DNA from: Octopus vulgaris
Lineage: Eukaryota
Direction: 5' to 3'
Assembly: GCA_951406725.2 (NCBI GenBank)
Contig: OX597828.1
Location: forward strand, 37,138,001 to 37,202,000
DNA: 64,000 bases
Part shown: piece by piece, positions 41,701 to 56,125 of the stretch
Layout: every line of letters starts with the position of its first letter
Position numbering within the stretch: the stretch's first letter is position 1
Translations under genes and position numbers: made by a program
The notes under the pieces: generated by a model
The model's database searches: none
Seen by the model: only the letters and a program-made list of their open reading frames with translations
Told to the model about the DNA's origin: nothing

Positions 41701-42400
41701 ATTGCCTTCCTTGCATGACAACAGCTTAACTAAACCTTGCTTCTGATTGTGGGAGCGGGTGGGTAGGTTGGTGGGTGGAATAAACAAGGGAGACGTAGTT
41801 AGGGTTGATTATATAAATAAGTACGGTGCTTGTGTTAAACAGAGTAAATCAGGTGATGTTGACTGGGAACAAAAGAATGTAGCGAATGTTTGGCTTTAAA
41901 CAACTGAATGATCGTCTGTACAAGGCTCAAGTGTTCTCTGTAATGGAGTCACAGCTCAATTCACACACTGGAATAATAACACTGCGATCACACATTTAAA
42001 CTTGATGGGAGAGAGTGGAAAAGTGAGCGAGAAAGTGAGTGATAGGATAAGAGGAAGAGGAAGAGATAAAGTTAGAGAGACGAAGAGAGAGACAGCGAGA
42101 GAGAGAGAGAGAGAGAGAGGGGGAGAGCGAGAGAGAGAGAACCATGTGCATAAAAGGAATGAAAGAAATGAAGAGCAGTTGTGTGACAGATATAGAAAGG
42201 GATAGAAAACGATTGCGCCTCTACCGTGTTAATCGATCTGCTGTAAATAGCAGACAAATCTTTGTTTCGTCTGTATCATAAAAACAAGAAAGAAAAGTGA
42301 AAGAGAATGTTGATGCTATTGATAAAAATGAAAAGAAATGGAGAAAGGAAAAAGAAACAGATTATCCACGGTTGGAATGTCTTTTCTTATAGACTGCAGG

Positions 42401-42724
42401 GGTGAAGACGCGTGGCTTCGTGGTTCAGGTATTTGATTCAGTATCTTAAGACTGTGAGTTCGAAAACCGGCAGTGTTGTGTCCTTGAGCAAAACACTTTA
42501 TTTCAAGTTGCTCCAGTCCGCTCAGTAGGCAAAAATGAATTGTACCTTTAATGCAAAAGGTCAACCATATCACATTCTATTCCATGCTGAATCTCCCCGA
42601 GAAATGCGTTAAGGATGCGCGTGTCTGTGGAGTACTCAACCACTTGTACATTAATTTCACGGACAGGCTGTTACGTTGATCGGATCAACTGGAACCCTCA
42701 TCATCGTAAGCGACGGAGAACCAG
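42401..42724 (+). mobile_element. SINE family D
   Basis: Collinear with 26576-26890. Confidence 0.85.
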
Positions 42725-44991
42725 TATAGTCTGCTGGATCAAGGCTGACAACAACAGCCTAAGCAACATCGCCAACAACAACAGCAACAACAACAACAAG
42801 AGCAACAATAACTATCCGGTGAGCAGATGCTATCTTTTTATTTTCCAATACTTTTTACTGCCTTTTCTGTTTCTCCAAAATCTACGCCGAACACTGCAAA
42901 CAACCGTTCCTTTCATTACATTTAGCTGTATTAATTCGCCTAGCAGTCACATGGTTTTTGGTTCAGTCCTATCAGTGTGGAATTTTGGGTGTCTTCGACT
43001 ACAGCTTCGAGGCTGAGCATTGCAGTCCGAGTGAATTTCGTAGAAATAAATTATTTCGAAGCCCGTCTGTTATGTCTGAAAAATGTAGACAAACCAAAAC
43101 TGTCTTGGAAATGAAAGTATACAGTACAACACCGACTATATACCTGGAAAGAACAATGGGTTAGTTATAACTGGAACATCGATCGGGCGGATCTGGAGTA
43201 AACTTTCATGGCGGCTGGTTTAGCACCTCAGTTTGGTCACTGTTTCATTAACGGTGTCGCATCCATGTGCAAGTGATCGGGCAATCATCGCTCTCTGGAT
43301 AACTTCCTGCCTTCTTCCAACCAACTTGAGAAGCCCCGCAAAGGACCATGTCGCTACCCTTTTCCTCTAATTGAACGAAGGGATTGAAAAGAAAAAAAAA
43401 ACTAGTTGTTGTTGCTATCGCTTCAATTTACTTCTGACCTCAAGACCTTTGCAATACAATAACAGATGATATGCTGTAACTTGACAGCCAATCGATTGCA
43501 TGTTATTGATTAAATGGAGATTTTTATGCCATACAAGTGAAGTTCTAAATTCATTCTCTGACAGTGTTTAAAAACACCCACAGACAATAGTAGAGATTAC
43601 ATATACATGCTTTTCATTAGAACAGATTTTGATTAGCGACGAAAAATTGAGAGAAAATTGCTCTTGGAATTGCTTTCTCTAAGAAAACATACATAAAACA
43701 AAAATGAAAAATTTCAATTTAGAAATGAAATGAGTCGTTAATGCAAATGACGATAAATTTATGAGACGTTTTAATCATAATAGTATATAATATCGCACCA
43801 CATAACGCAGTTAATTAGGTTATTAAACAACAATAGTTGTTAGAATATAAAAATTCAAACCGAAGATTATTTATAAGTTTAAAACAAAATTCACTTCTCT
43901 GTAAAAGAACTCCATTCGCCAGAATCATGACTGATAAAGTTTTTCCCCCCTGTTTGATTGCCAAATTATTTTTTGTGTAATTTAAAGTGATGTTTTATCT
44001 GAGTTTCTTTTCCGTGGTTTGTTCAGCCAATCCTAAGATCAATAACTTACGTAATAGTTTCCGTCTACAGCAAAATTCTGATAGCTTAAAGAAACTTAAA
44101 TGCAGTATATGTAATTAGAGTTGCGCATCCGTTTGTTGAGTTATTTTCTAGTCTAATAAATGGAAAGGAGAACTATGCTTATTAACACTTCTATCAAACT
44201 AAAATCACTACAAAGGATAGATTTAACACTGTGAGTCAACTAATGAGCTGTAAACTTAATAATATTACTTTGTAGCCAGCAAGGACCTCTCTTGTGAAAT
44301 TACTGGGTCATCGTTACATAATAAAGTAAAGAAAAACCGGACTACTTTCGCATGAAGAGATTGTACAGGTAGGTTTAATTACATGAGTAGTTTTTCACGC
44401 CGTTCTATAGAGAGACAGACTTGAAGTTTAACTAAGTGGTCTACTTGCATGGCGAGGTTAAATGTATATTTAATAAATGTCTACGCTGGAAATATATTTA
44501 CAAGATTTTTCATAAGTACGCTGTCTCACGACAGCGAATTTGTTGAACAATTACAGTGTCCGTTGTCCATTACATTGTTCATAAGTAGCTGTAACCAATG
44601 CTGTTTCTCTTTTGTTCCCCAGTCTCTCACTGGTTAGATCGTTTTAAATAAACAGTTCTGATGTACTTGTAAAAGACAAGCGAAACACTAATGGACGTAT
44701 ATCTATGCGATGCTACAAAGAACAAAACTGTAAAACAAAGGTGTGCCATAAGTATAATTAACCTACCGCTGAAAAACAAAAAAGAAATTGGAAAAAGAAC
44801 AGAATAAGAACAAACGATAAACAAATCTGTAGCTTGTTATGCCCTTTCTTATAATTAAAATGTCGCTTTGATCTTTCTTGCGCTCATAAATATACGCTCC
44901 TTGGCCTCACACAGATACAGAAATTATCAACAAAATTTCAATTAAGGTTATCAATAGTTGTATGGGTAATATAGAATTACAAAACCTCTAA

Positions 44992-45421
44992 GGCGGCAAG
45001 CTGGCAGAAACGTTAGCACGCCGGGCGAAATGCTTAGCGGTATTTCATCTGCCTTTACGTTCTGAGTTCAAATTCCGCCGAGGTCGACTTTGCCTTTCAT
45101 CCTTTCGGGGTCGATTAAATAAGTACCAGTTACGCACTGGGATCGATATAATCGACTTAATCCCTTTGTCTGTCCTTGTTTGTCTCCTCTATGTTTAACC
45201 CCTTGTGGGCAATAAAAAAAATAAGAAACGTTAGCACGCCGGGCTAAATGCTTAGCGGTATTTCGTCAGTCTTTATGTCCTGAGTTCATATTCCGCCGAG
45301 GTCGACTTTGTCTTTCATTCTTTCGGGGTCGATAAATGAAGTACTAATTGCGTACTGGGTCGATCTAATTGACTGGTCCTCTACCCCAAATTTTCGGGCC
45401 TTGTGCCTAGAGTAGAAAAGA
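44992..45421 (+). mobile_element. Dimeric SINE family B with 17-bp TSD
   Basis: TSD aattacaaaa(c/t)ctctaa at 44975-44991 and 45423-45439. Confidence 0.92.
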
Positions 45422-45742
45422 TAATTACAAAATCTCTAATAACAACCAAAACTCAATAAGAAACACACACCCCAACGCAATTTCAGAAAAAGCGACGAGA
45501 TACTCACTTAGTAGGAAATGTCTATTAAAATGAATAGCAGACTTGAACATCTGTAAAATCGATAGAACACTCAGTAAAAGCGTACACTGCTGTTAATAAA
45601 AGATATCTTAAAATAAAAACAAACACATACAGCATGTGAACACCTTTAGGTCAAGTAATCAGTACAACGTCATGTTGATTTTGTAAAACATTTTTTAAAA
45701 CAGTTTTTAAAAATACAGAGAAATAAGTAATACTACAACAAC

Positions 45743-46134
45743 GAGAGTGGCTGTGTGGTAAGAAGCTTTGCTTCTCAACCATGTGGTTCCAGGTTCAGAC
45801 CCATTGCGTGGCACCTTTGGCATGTGTCTTCTACTATAGCCTCGGGTCGACCAAAGCCTTGTGAGTGGATTTGGTAGATAGGAAACTGGAAGAAGCCTGT
45901 TGTATATATATATATATATATACATGTATATGTATTTGTGTGTCTGTGTTTGTTCCCTCGCCTTCGCTTAACAACCGATGTTGGTGTGTTTATGTCCCCG
46001 TAACTTAGCGGTTCGGCAAAGAGACTGACAGAATAAATATTAGGCTTACAAAGAATAAGTCCTGGAGCAGATTTCTTTGATTATGGGCGATGCTCCAGCA
46101 TGGCCGCAGTCAAATGACTGACACAGGTGAAAAA
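45743..46134 (+). mobile_element. SINE family A
   Basis: Collinear with 6195-6599. Confidence 0.9.
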
Positions 46135-46496
46135 CTATCTTGTCACAGATAAAGGCTTACAGCTACATCATTAGTCACTGTCAACTGTGTAGAACTGATC
46201 AAAGAACCAGATTCGGACACGCCTTGGCTACGTCTGTTGCATGAAAGAACAAAACATATCGTCCTCACTGCAGAAAAATATTCACTCGTTTCAATACATT
46301 ACTATACCCGTAGCCTGTAGAGCGGAAATGTACTCTGTCAGAATCTACAGCCAATATACGGGTATCAAGAAATTTATTACGAAAAAGAAAGCTAAAGTTT
46401 AAGCTGAAAATTGACATTTACAGCGATTCGAGCACCATCATCCCTTCGTAAGAAAGTTATAGTTTTATATAGGTTATATGGCTAGTGATGTATGGT

Positions 46497-46904
46497 CATG
46501 GCCGGATTAAGTCCCACAGAGGCCCTAAGCACTTAAAAGACTTTCGTGCCTCCATATATATATGTAATTCCAAGTATAAGCAATAAGCTATAAATTAAAT
46601 TTTAATTTTTTTAAAAATGAAATAAAACTAACAGTAAATTGGAAAATAATGTTTATTTTTGTATACTTCCATTTTATTTCTCCTACTTTTTTTTAATTGA
46701 AAAGCCTTCGATCAAATCCTCACTATGACACCATGTACACTTCGACATTATATTTCCAATCATATAAACCACTTAGAATGTTATTTTAGCAAGTTTAAAG
46801 AGATTTCTTTTGTGCCATAAACCATTTACCATTTTTGTGGTGCCTTTCCCTTTCCTTCATGCCCTAAGCACATGCTTATTTTGTTTAATCTTTAATCCAG
46901 TGCA
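46497..46904. mobile_element. Probable non-autonomous hAT-like element
   Basis: Ends catggccggattaa / ttaatccagtgcat; subterminal gccctaagcac twice; internal minus-strand EDLIEGFSIKK resembles a hAT C-terminus; a second fragment at about 48883-48920. Confidence 0.5.
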
Positions 46905-47337
46905 TATAGTGGTCGTTATCTTAAGCTGTACGCTTTATGGCCGGATACTGTTATTCGATTGGAAAAGAAATTACCACCATATGATATCGTAAGAACGGTA
47001 TTATTCCTGGTAAAAATCTACTATATTTTCTGTGTTGAATCTTTGTTGCTCTTGAAGCACACCCAATGTACATCTTCCCTATGTGACAGACGAGGTACTA
47101 CGATATCTAATATGAAAATAGAAAAAAAAAGCGAAAATATGTCAAGAAAAATGTCTTCTTTTTTCTTCTTCACTTTGAAATAGCACCGGTTACGTGTGTA
47201 CACGTGATCTGTGTTCACCCGAGAAAAGTGAAACTTCTGCACGATCTCGAAATGAAATTTGTTTTACAATGCAGGCCATTATACTCATGCTTAAATATTT
47301 ATATATCTATATATATGTATGTATATATTTATATATA

Positions 47338-47530
47338 GTGAGAATTTACAAAAGAACAAAGGTGGAAGGTGGGTGTGTAAACAGCAGGCAGATGTATTAG
47401 TTTAATGCTTGGGAAGTGAGAAAGTCTTTTACATTTCGAGCCTACGCTCTTCGACAGAAAGGAGCACAGAAATAAACAGGGAGAGAGAATAAAAATGGTT
47501 TAGTGGCTAGCGATCTATCTTGGCGAATGC

Positions 47531-47533
<3 letters not shown>
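47338..47533 (-). mobile_element. Hammerhead-bearing mini-element (H1) in (TA)n
   Basis: Minus strand cttt-CTGTCGA-agagcgtaggctc-GAAA-tgTA-aaag at 47426-47461. Confidence 0.72.
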
Positions 47534-47588
<55 letters not shown>

Positions 47589-47825
47589 AATTTCTACATA
47601 CAACTATAAACGGAAATACACGGAGAGAATCACACATACTCCTCACAAAATGTACACGCGCACCCTCCATTCACACACACACAGACACATATATATGTGT
47701 GTGTGTGTGTGTGTGGAGAAAGAGAATGAGAGAGAAAGACATATATTTGCACATACATACAGGTGCATATATATACGTGTGTATGTCTATATGTGTGTGT
47801 ATAAATATATATCTTTACATACATA

Positions 47826-47871
<46 letters not shown>

Positions 47872-49109
47872 CATGCACACACATGCCTTTACATGCTGAC
47901 TGATAAAAAGACTGTTAGATATATGAGAAACAGGCATACAGGAGATCAAACAGAAGTGTGTTGGAAATCATGCTTACGTGCAATATATCATTGATATCAT
48001 TTATGCAGTTGGTTTTACATTTATCTTGCAATCCTTTCGACGCATAGCATCCTATATACCAAACACAGAAGCCGTGAGAAGCATGGCGCGTGGGATTATC
48101 TTGGTGGGAAGGACATAGAGGGAAGTGTAGAGTTTTGTATTCTCCACAGTCGCACCCTTGAGTCATGGTAGCATGTTGTGTACTAATGCGTATGATGTAA
48201 GTATAATGGAGATTTCTTTTCATCAGGCAGCCATGACTATCTCAAGTATCGATCTGTTCTTCCATAAAGCCGGCGACGTTGTTCTTGTCTCATTAGCTTT
48301 TCCTTTCATCTGCGAAATAAGTGGAGAATGATAAATATTCTGATTATATTATGATTTAGAGATTATGTATGGAGATTAGATAATGCATCAACAAAGGCAT
48401 GAACACACACAGTCGGATACATACAGACCAACTCACACACACATACACACACACATACACACACACACATGCATACACACACACACACCCTCTTGCAGAC
48501 CCTCACATATGCATTGATGGATGGATTGGCACTATATTTGTGTGTGTTTCTGAACATAGAAAATATATGCATATGTGTGTGTGTATGCATATGCATGTAC
48601 ATATATATATGTGCATGGATGTAACTTTGTGTATATTTGTATGTATGTGTGTGAGAGAGAATCAGTGTGTGCTTGTGTGTCAAAGTCCTCGATGCCTTTC
48701 GGTTTCCCGTACTTATTTTGCATTTTACGTTCGGCGTTCAAATCCCAGGAACGGAAACATTAACTTACACCCTGCCAGGATAGAAAAAGAAAAAAATAAA
48801 TTCCAATATAAAGGAATTACTACGATAGATTTCATGTTTTATAAATATAAAGCAAGGCTTCATAAAGCAATCGAACGCTTTGTTTTAATCGAAAAGCCTT
48901 TGATTAAATCCTCACTGTCATTCTGTTATCGTCTACCTCTACACTAGTACCAAACTGTGAAGATACTAGTTACAAAGTTGTACGTTATGGAGATATAGAT
49001 ATTAGTCATTACTTATTGCTTTTACAGGTGCAAAAGGGTAGGTGTACTGCCACTAGACGAAAGATACTTAAGAAATTGTGTGTACATACCTATTTCACAA
49101 GCACAATAT

Positions 49110-49935
49110 GCATTGGGGTCAGATGGCTTCGTGGCCGCCCCTGACCTTTTCAGCTGTGTCATCGATATCTGATTACCAAGGTTGGGGTGCGACTTTCTGG
49201 CGTTACCTTCGGGAACCACAACCTTATCGACTTGGAGTATGCTGGCGATTCCACCCTATTCAGCAACTCGATCGACCAGCTCAGAGACGTGCTGACCATC
49301 TACCGAGGGGAATCATCAAAGCTTGCCCTTCAGGTGAGTTGGGTGAAGACCAGGCTGATACATGTCGGCGATGGCACTGACCCCTCCTGCGCTGGATCAA
49401 CGTCATGATGTTTTTCAGCTACCTGGGTTCCACTGTCACAAAAAATGGAGACCTGTCCCCGGATCAACCGCAGATGTGGCTTGTCCGCCAGGGTCATATA
49501 CTCCCCATGGAAGCTCTTTTGGCGTCACTGCTCTGTCTCCCGGACACGAAGCTCCGTATCTACGACGCGGCGGTCCACTCCCTTCTCTATAGAGCAGAAA
49601 CGTGACTCCTCGCGAAGTCCTTGGAAAAGTGGATCGACGACCTGAGGACCATCGAGAACATCAGATGGTATCATCATGTTTCCAGTGAAGATCTACGTGC
49701 GTGCATGCATTATCCCCCAATCTACTGCCTGGTACGGAGGTATTCTCTACCTTCTACCAGTCCATCTTATCAAAACCTTACACTCATTCGACGCTGCAGT
49801 TGCGGGTTGGAAGAGACTTCGTGGTAGATCCCTTGCCTGAAGACTGGACTTGATTAATTAAGATCTCCGGTCACCCCGAGGAAGGCAGAGGGGCTGGCGC
49901 TGGACCGCCAGTGATAATAGGGACACTCATGAGGC
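49110..49935 (+). mobile_element. RTE-clade LINE RT remnant
   Basis: LIDLEYAGDSTLF (YADD), LQVSWVKTR, FSYLGS, TKLRIYDAAVHSLLYRAET; frameshifted. Confidence 0.85.
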
Positions 49936-50242
49936 TGGTCGGCTCTACGCACAATGAAGTCGCCGAGAGCGCTAACCAGGGATAATTCCAGTTCCACTGA
50001 GCAAGAACATTTCAACATGAGTCTGCTCAGCATTTTATCTTTTACTTGTTTCATTTATTGAACTGCGGCCATACTGGGGCAACACCTTGAACGCATTAAC
50101 TCTGGTACGTATTCAATCGGTCTCTTTTGTTGAACAGCTAAGTCACAAGAACGTAAACAAATGTCAAGCGGTGCTTGAGGACAAACACAATCACAAAGAC
50201 ACCCACACTTATATGTATATATTTTTGTGAATGTGTGTAGGG

Positions 50243-50315
<73 letters not shown>

Positions 50316-50317
50316 GC

Positions 50318-50697
50318 GTGGCACTCCGTCAGTTACGACGACGAGAGTTCCATTTGACCCGATCAACGGAACAGCCTGATCGTGAAATTAACGAGCAAGT
50401 GGCTGAGCACTCCACAGACACGTGTACCCTTAACGTAGTTCTCGGGAAGGTTCAGCGTGACACAGAGTGTGACAAGGCTAGCCCTTTGAAATAGAGGTAC
50501 AACAGAAACAGGAAGAAAGAGTGAGAAAAGTTTCGATGAAAGTGTACAACAAGGTTCGTTACCACCCGCTGCCGGAGCCTCGTGGGGCTTTAGGTGTTTT
50601 CGCTCAATAAACGCACACAACGCTCGGTCTGGGAATCGAAACCGCGATCATACGACCGCGTGTTTGCTGCCCTAACTACTGGGCCATTGCGCCTCCA
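50318..50697 (-). mobile_element. SINE family C, full length
   Basis: Minus strand head ggaggcgcaatggcccagtagttagggcagc...ggtttcgattccc; tail shared with family D. Confidence 0.88.
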
Positions 50698-50729
50698 CAC
50701 ACACACACACACATACACACACACACATA

Positions 50730-52500
50730 CTAGCAGAGACACCCGGCTTTGCTCGGGATTAGAATGATATGATTTTTATTCTTTTACTTGTTTCAGTCAT
50801 ACACACTCATATACTCACAGACATATACACACTCATATAAAAATATGCCGTCGTCATCGCTATAGTATAAATGTCATTTAGTGTCTCGTTTGTATCGAAC
50901 GCACAAACACACACACACGCACAGACTCATACACACTCATATAAAATGTCCTGTACTATAGTTGACTATAGTTGACTGTTTATGAAATGTTTTATTGTTT
51001 ACACACTGAAAGACTCACACACATACACTCACAGACACATAGACACTCATATACAAAATGTGACACTCTCATCGAACGCGGAAACACACATACACCCACC
51101 AACCTACACACACCCACACACACTGACAGCCATATAGACATTCGTACACTCACACATACACACACACACACATACACACTCATATAGAAAATGTGACGTT
51201 GTCGTCGTCGTCTTCGTGGTCGTATAAAATGTCCTGAACTATATTTTTCCATAAGAAGATTATCTCAATAAAATGTTATATTGTTTTAATCGCTTATCGA
51301 ATTAGAAGCACATGGACGAACAGTAAATGCCACAATAATTATTATAGATAAATTTCTTAATATATATATATATACATACATAAAAGTACACATCAGGTTT
51401 GCAAAAGAAAAGGTGACCACGTACCTACGTTGTGGCTGATGTGATTATAACACCACGTTGTAAGCAATATTCCCTGCTTTTCTTTCTCGAGCGTTCAAAG
51501 AGGTTTGTTTTGCCTCCCACTCTTGTGTAGCCAACACACAATTGTCCGTGAAAAGACAGGATTCTTCCAAGAAAAGGCCAGCCATGGAGAGTATCTGACC
51601 TTGGTATTTATTAAGTCGGGAATTGCAGTCTTCTGAATGAAAATGAAAATATTGCTCCTGATGGGAGGAATTCTTGGAATGAAAACGTCATCACCTTTTC
51701 CACACTCAGAAAGAATGGTAGCCTCGATAACATGTGACATCATTTTCTTTACCACCAGTCTTGTCCCATTGCAAAGTCTTGGCGGTTCCAGATTTCGATG
51801 CAACATTACAGGAGTTCCAACTTTAAGTCGTAATATGTGGGGAGGTAGTCCGGGAGGCTCCAAGGAATTGAGAAATTCTGGAGGATAGTTCACCACTTCA
51901 TTTTGATCTGGAAATGTATCAAGAGACTTGTAAGTGTGAAGACTGCCAAGAAGAGAATGCATTAGCTGTTCGTTAAGTTTCTTAACAGCGACGTTTTTTG
52001 GAACCAATATTGATCTGTCACACAGCCAATTGTGGTTTTGGTAATTTTCTGCCAAGTTGGGAAACACTTTGTCTTTGAGGTCATCGAGAGAATGAACAAT
52101 AGTAGAAAATGGCCATACTTCCATTTCTCCTAGTGTCGAGAGGCATCATGTCATCGCCAAGTGTCAAAATGTCCTGTGCAAACATTGTGGACATTTGGTC
52201 GCCAAGTAGATGAGCTCTCATGTTAGTGGTAAAAGTCAGGATCGTAACATGACGTCACAGGGGAGAGGACTTCGAACAAGCTTGGACCTTATTTGCTCTA
52301 GTGCCTTTGGGAATGACAGGAAGGGTCTGCCTCAAATCACCCGACAACATTCTCCGATGTCTTTGAGGGATGTATCTAATGCTTCCAGAAGTCCCTTGTG
52401 AGCCATGGTGCACTCATACTAGACGTTCAGATGACACTTTCCAAGGACCTTCCCCTGGTCTGAGCTTTTGCAGATGTTGCATGAAGGCGTCTCTAATGCT
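50730..52500 (-). mobile_element. Helitron 3' portion with PIF1-type helicase pseudogene
   Basis: ECTMAHK, GDLRQTLPVIPKG, TNMR, RSILVPKN, EFLNSLEPPGLPPHILRLKVGTPVML, LCNGTRL, FIPRIP; terminus cccgagcaaagccggg hairpin followed by CTAG|T at 50733-50729. Confidence 0.92.
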
Positions 52501-52567
52501 ACTAAATTGAGAGGTAGCTTAAAAGTCGAGTGTGCTGTCCTGCTACCTGGCATTTTTTCCCATTACA

Positions 52568-52787
52568 GGGGTAGTTCTCGGGAAGATTTAGCATGACACA
52601 GAAAGTGACAACAGAAACAGGAAGAAAAAGCGAGAGAAATTTGTGTTCACTCACCCCCGCCGGAGCCTCGTGGAGCATTAGGTGTTTTCGCTCAATAAAC
52701 ACTAGCAATGTCCGGTCTGCGAGTCGAAATCGCGATGCTACGTCCGCGAGTCCGCTGCCCTAACCACTGGGCCCATTGCGGCTCCAC
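52568..52787 (-). mobile_element. SINE family C, partial
   Basis: Matches 50440-50697. Confidence 0.82.
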
Positions 52788-52801
52788 GTATATACATATA
52801 T

Positions 52802-53197
52802 ACTAGCTGTATAGCTGTTGCTCGGTTTTGTTTTTTAGTTGCGCTTAAAACAGCAGACTTTGATGTCGCCTTAACAAAGTTTTGACATAGTTTCAATCTT
52901 TTTCCAAAAGTTAAAAAAATTGCATTATGTAGCATGAACATTTTTCTGGTTGAAATACACGGAAAAATGGCGACACAGCAGTCAAAATATCGTAAAAATA
53001 TAGGAATTTTCATAGAAAAAAAGCAGCTTTTGTATGTAAATAATTTTTGGTCTTAACATGGTCCGATTCGAATTTTTTCTTCAACGGAATGAAGAGCAAG
53101 TCTTCTATCATACTGTCAACTTGCACCGCAGGGTCTCGGAGGAGATATTGTTAGTTGAAGGCTACGAAACCTGCCACACAAATACAGACAACTTCAG

Positions 53198-53210
<13 letters not shown>
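52802..53210 (-). mobile_element. Probable non-autonomous Helitron
   Basis: Minus strand ends ccgagcaacagctatacagCTAG|T (partial hairpin); starts in tatata-cagctgaagttgtctg. Confidence 0.55.
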
Positions 53211-53235
<25 letters not shown>

Positions 53236-53460
53236 GCATACATACACATGCGTACACATACATACGCATACAAACAAATCACATCGTACAAGCACACACT
53301 CGCGCGCGCGCGTACATACACAGACACACATATATGCGTGTGTGTGTGTTCGTATGATGTGATTTGTTTGTATGCGTATGTATGTGTATGCATGTGTATG
53401 TATGCGTATTATATGTTACATATGAATGCTAATGCATAAATATATCTTAATGTACACACG

Positions 53461-53605
53461 TTGAAATTTATAGCAAAAACAAAAGACGAAAACAGGTGTA
53501 TGAGCAACAAGCAAGTGAATTAGTTTGACGCTCGAGAAAATGAAAAAGTCTTTTACGTTTCGAGCCTACGCTCTTCAACAGACGAGCGTAGGCTCGAATC
53601 ATTTG
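53461..53605 (-). mobile_element. Hammerhead-bearing mini-element (H1) with terminal fold-back
   Basis: Minus strand CTGTTGA-agagcgtaggctc-GAAA-cgTA-aaagac; 53559-53573 pairs with 53584-53598. Confidence 0.75.
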
Positions 53606-53639
<34 letters not shown>

Positions 53640-53917
53640 CAATATGTTATTAGGAACATAAACATATATACCTCTCTCTCTCTTTCCCACTCTCTCTCTC
53701 TTTATTTCTCTCTCTCTCTCTCTCTCTCTATACATATACATATATATATATATTTATACACACAATCTGTGTGCAATTTGTAATAACATACACGCAGACA
53801 CTCATACAGACACACACCACATATACACATATATGAAATACAGCTAATTACATATACTATACACATACACGCACGCACATATATATAGACACAGAGTGAC
53901 ACACAATGTGTCCCTCC

Positions 53918-53948
<31 letters not shown>

Positions 53949-54577
53949 CACATATATACGTATATACATATATACGTATACACATATATACATATACACA
54001 CGTACGTCCATATACATGTGTGACTGAAATCTATTTATGCAAATATGAATATCCGTGAGTACCTTCTTGTTTAGCTATGTAAAATAATTCTTCGCATCCG
54101 GTCCTCCCTTCCCCTCCCTTCATGCATTTAGCATAATCACACTATCCCCGTATAGCCAAAACGACCAGTTGTCTGTCTTTGACAGCGAGTAGTAAGTAAT
54201 ATGTGAAGCTATGATAGAATTACAATATTGGCATATGTTGTTGTTGTTGTTGCTGGAGTTAGGCCAACATATATAAGGTTTACTTAAGAACAACTGTATG
54301 TACATATATATTTGGCCGCAGGCATGCCTCTGTGATTAAGAAGAACGGTTGACAACGAAGTGTTTACAAGTTCGATCATAAAAGGCAGTAGCTTTGCCAA
54401 GTTTATGGTTTTTAACATAGTTACCAGTTGACCAAAGCCTTTTAGCAAAGAACTTGTATGAGGCCACCCGTCTTATAAATAATACTTACATACATACATC
54501 AATACATACACATGTATACATACACACACACACTCGCACATATATACTTATGTATATATGTATCTGTGTGTATAAAC

Positions 54578-54616
<39 letters not shown>

Positions 54617-54674
54617 TCATACATAATAAATATACATACGTGTGTATATATATCTATCTATATCTATATCTATA

Positions 54675-54719
<45 letters not shown>

Positions 54720-54900
54720 GAGAAAAAAGCAACAAGAAAGGATTAGTTTTTCTTGTTGCTTTTTTCTCGTTTATAATCACCCCACATTATTGTATGGTTA
54801 ATACCATATAGTTTTCTGGTATATCTAAGTTAAGTACCGCATTCAAGTGAATTCAATAGAACTCACTTGAATCTTAATTATTTTTACTATATATATATAT

Positions 54901-55831
54901 ATGCGGGATATCTTCAGTGTGAACTCCACAAAGTCTGCATCGGTTGTCACATTTTATAGCATTTATTTCATCTCTACCCCTTTTGTGGATCAGGTACCTT
55001 AAAAGTGGGAGGTAGCAATCCGGTTATTGATCCATGATAAACTGCTTTGATGGTCGATGTTACTATCATCACGGAGCTTTCTACAGACAAGTCTATGCAT
55101 AGTCTTCTGCTCATACAGGCTCATCCTTTCATTTGATGATACGTTGTGGTAGAGTCGTGCGACTTCTTTGGGCATGTATTCTAGGTTATCAGACTAAGTC
55201 TTCCAAGTCTTATGATATTATCAGCCTCATGTATGCAAACTTGGTCAAGAGATGCATTTCGACACTTGGTGGTTAGAAGATGTTGCCGAAGGGATATGAT
55301 GCGATGCGACATTCAAAGGCATTCTGGATCGCTGTTAAGCTTCTGCCGCCTTGTGTTCGTTTTAGGTAGAAGCGGTCTGCGTCACTATATGTGGAAATTA
55401 TGCGTGCTTGTTAGTATTTTTCGGGTTTTCATATCAATGCCTCGGATCATTTCATATCAACGTCTCGGATCATTTCTATCTCCGTCTTTACTTTCCGTTA
55501 GTGGGGCGTACAGTAATTTGCTTGTTTGCATGCAGTAAGCATCATTTTATGACTGATGGCCTTCTGTAAACCAGTTATCATTTTCTCTGTCTTCAAAATC
55601 CATGATGGTACTTTCTTTGTTATATCGGTTTTTAGTTTTTGAATATCATTCATGTACTGTTTTACAGTAGTAGTCAGCGCATATAGACAGGCGTTAATCT
55701 GCCAGTATGTGGGTTCATCACACTATTGTAAATACTCATCACCAATTTCGTTAACAGCTTTTAATACCGTAATCTGGTGGTTTGTATTTACTTTGGTAGA
55801 GAATACTCTCTCCTCGAGAGAGTACTTCAAA

Positions 55832-55905
<74 letters not shown>

Positions 55906-56083
55906 TACTACTACTACTACATTATTTACATTATTTATATTATTTACATTCGACGAATATTTGTCCTCATCTTGTTTTGTGTCGAATGTAAATAATGTAA
56001 ATAATGTACATAATTCCTCATCTCTTAAATATAGAACTGTACTACTACAACAACAACTACTACTACTACTGCTGCAGCTGCTG

Positions 56084-56125
<42 letters not shown>

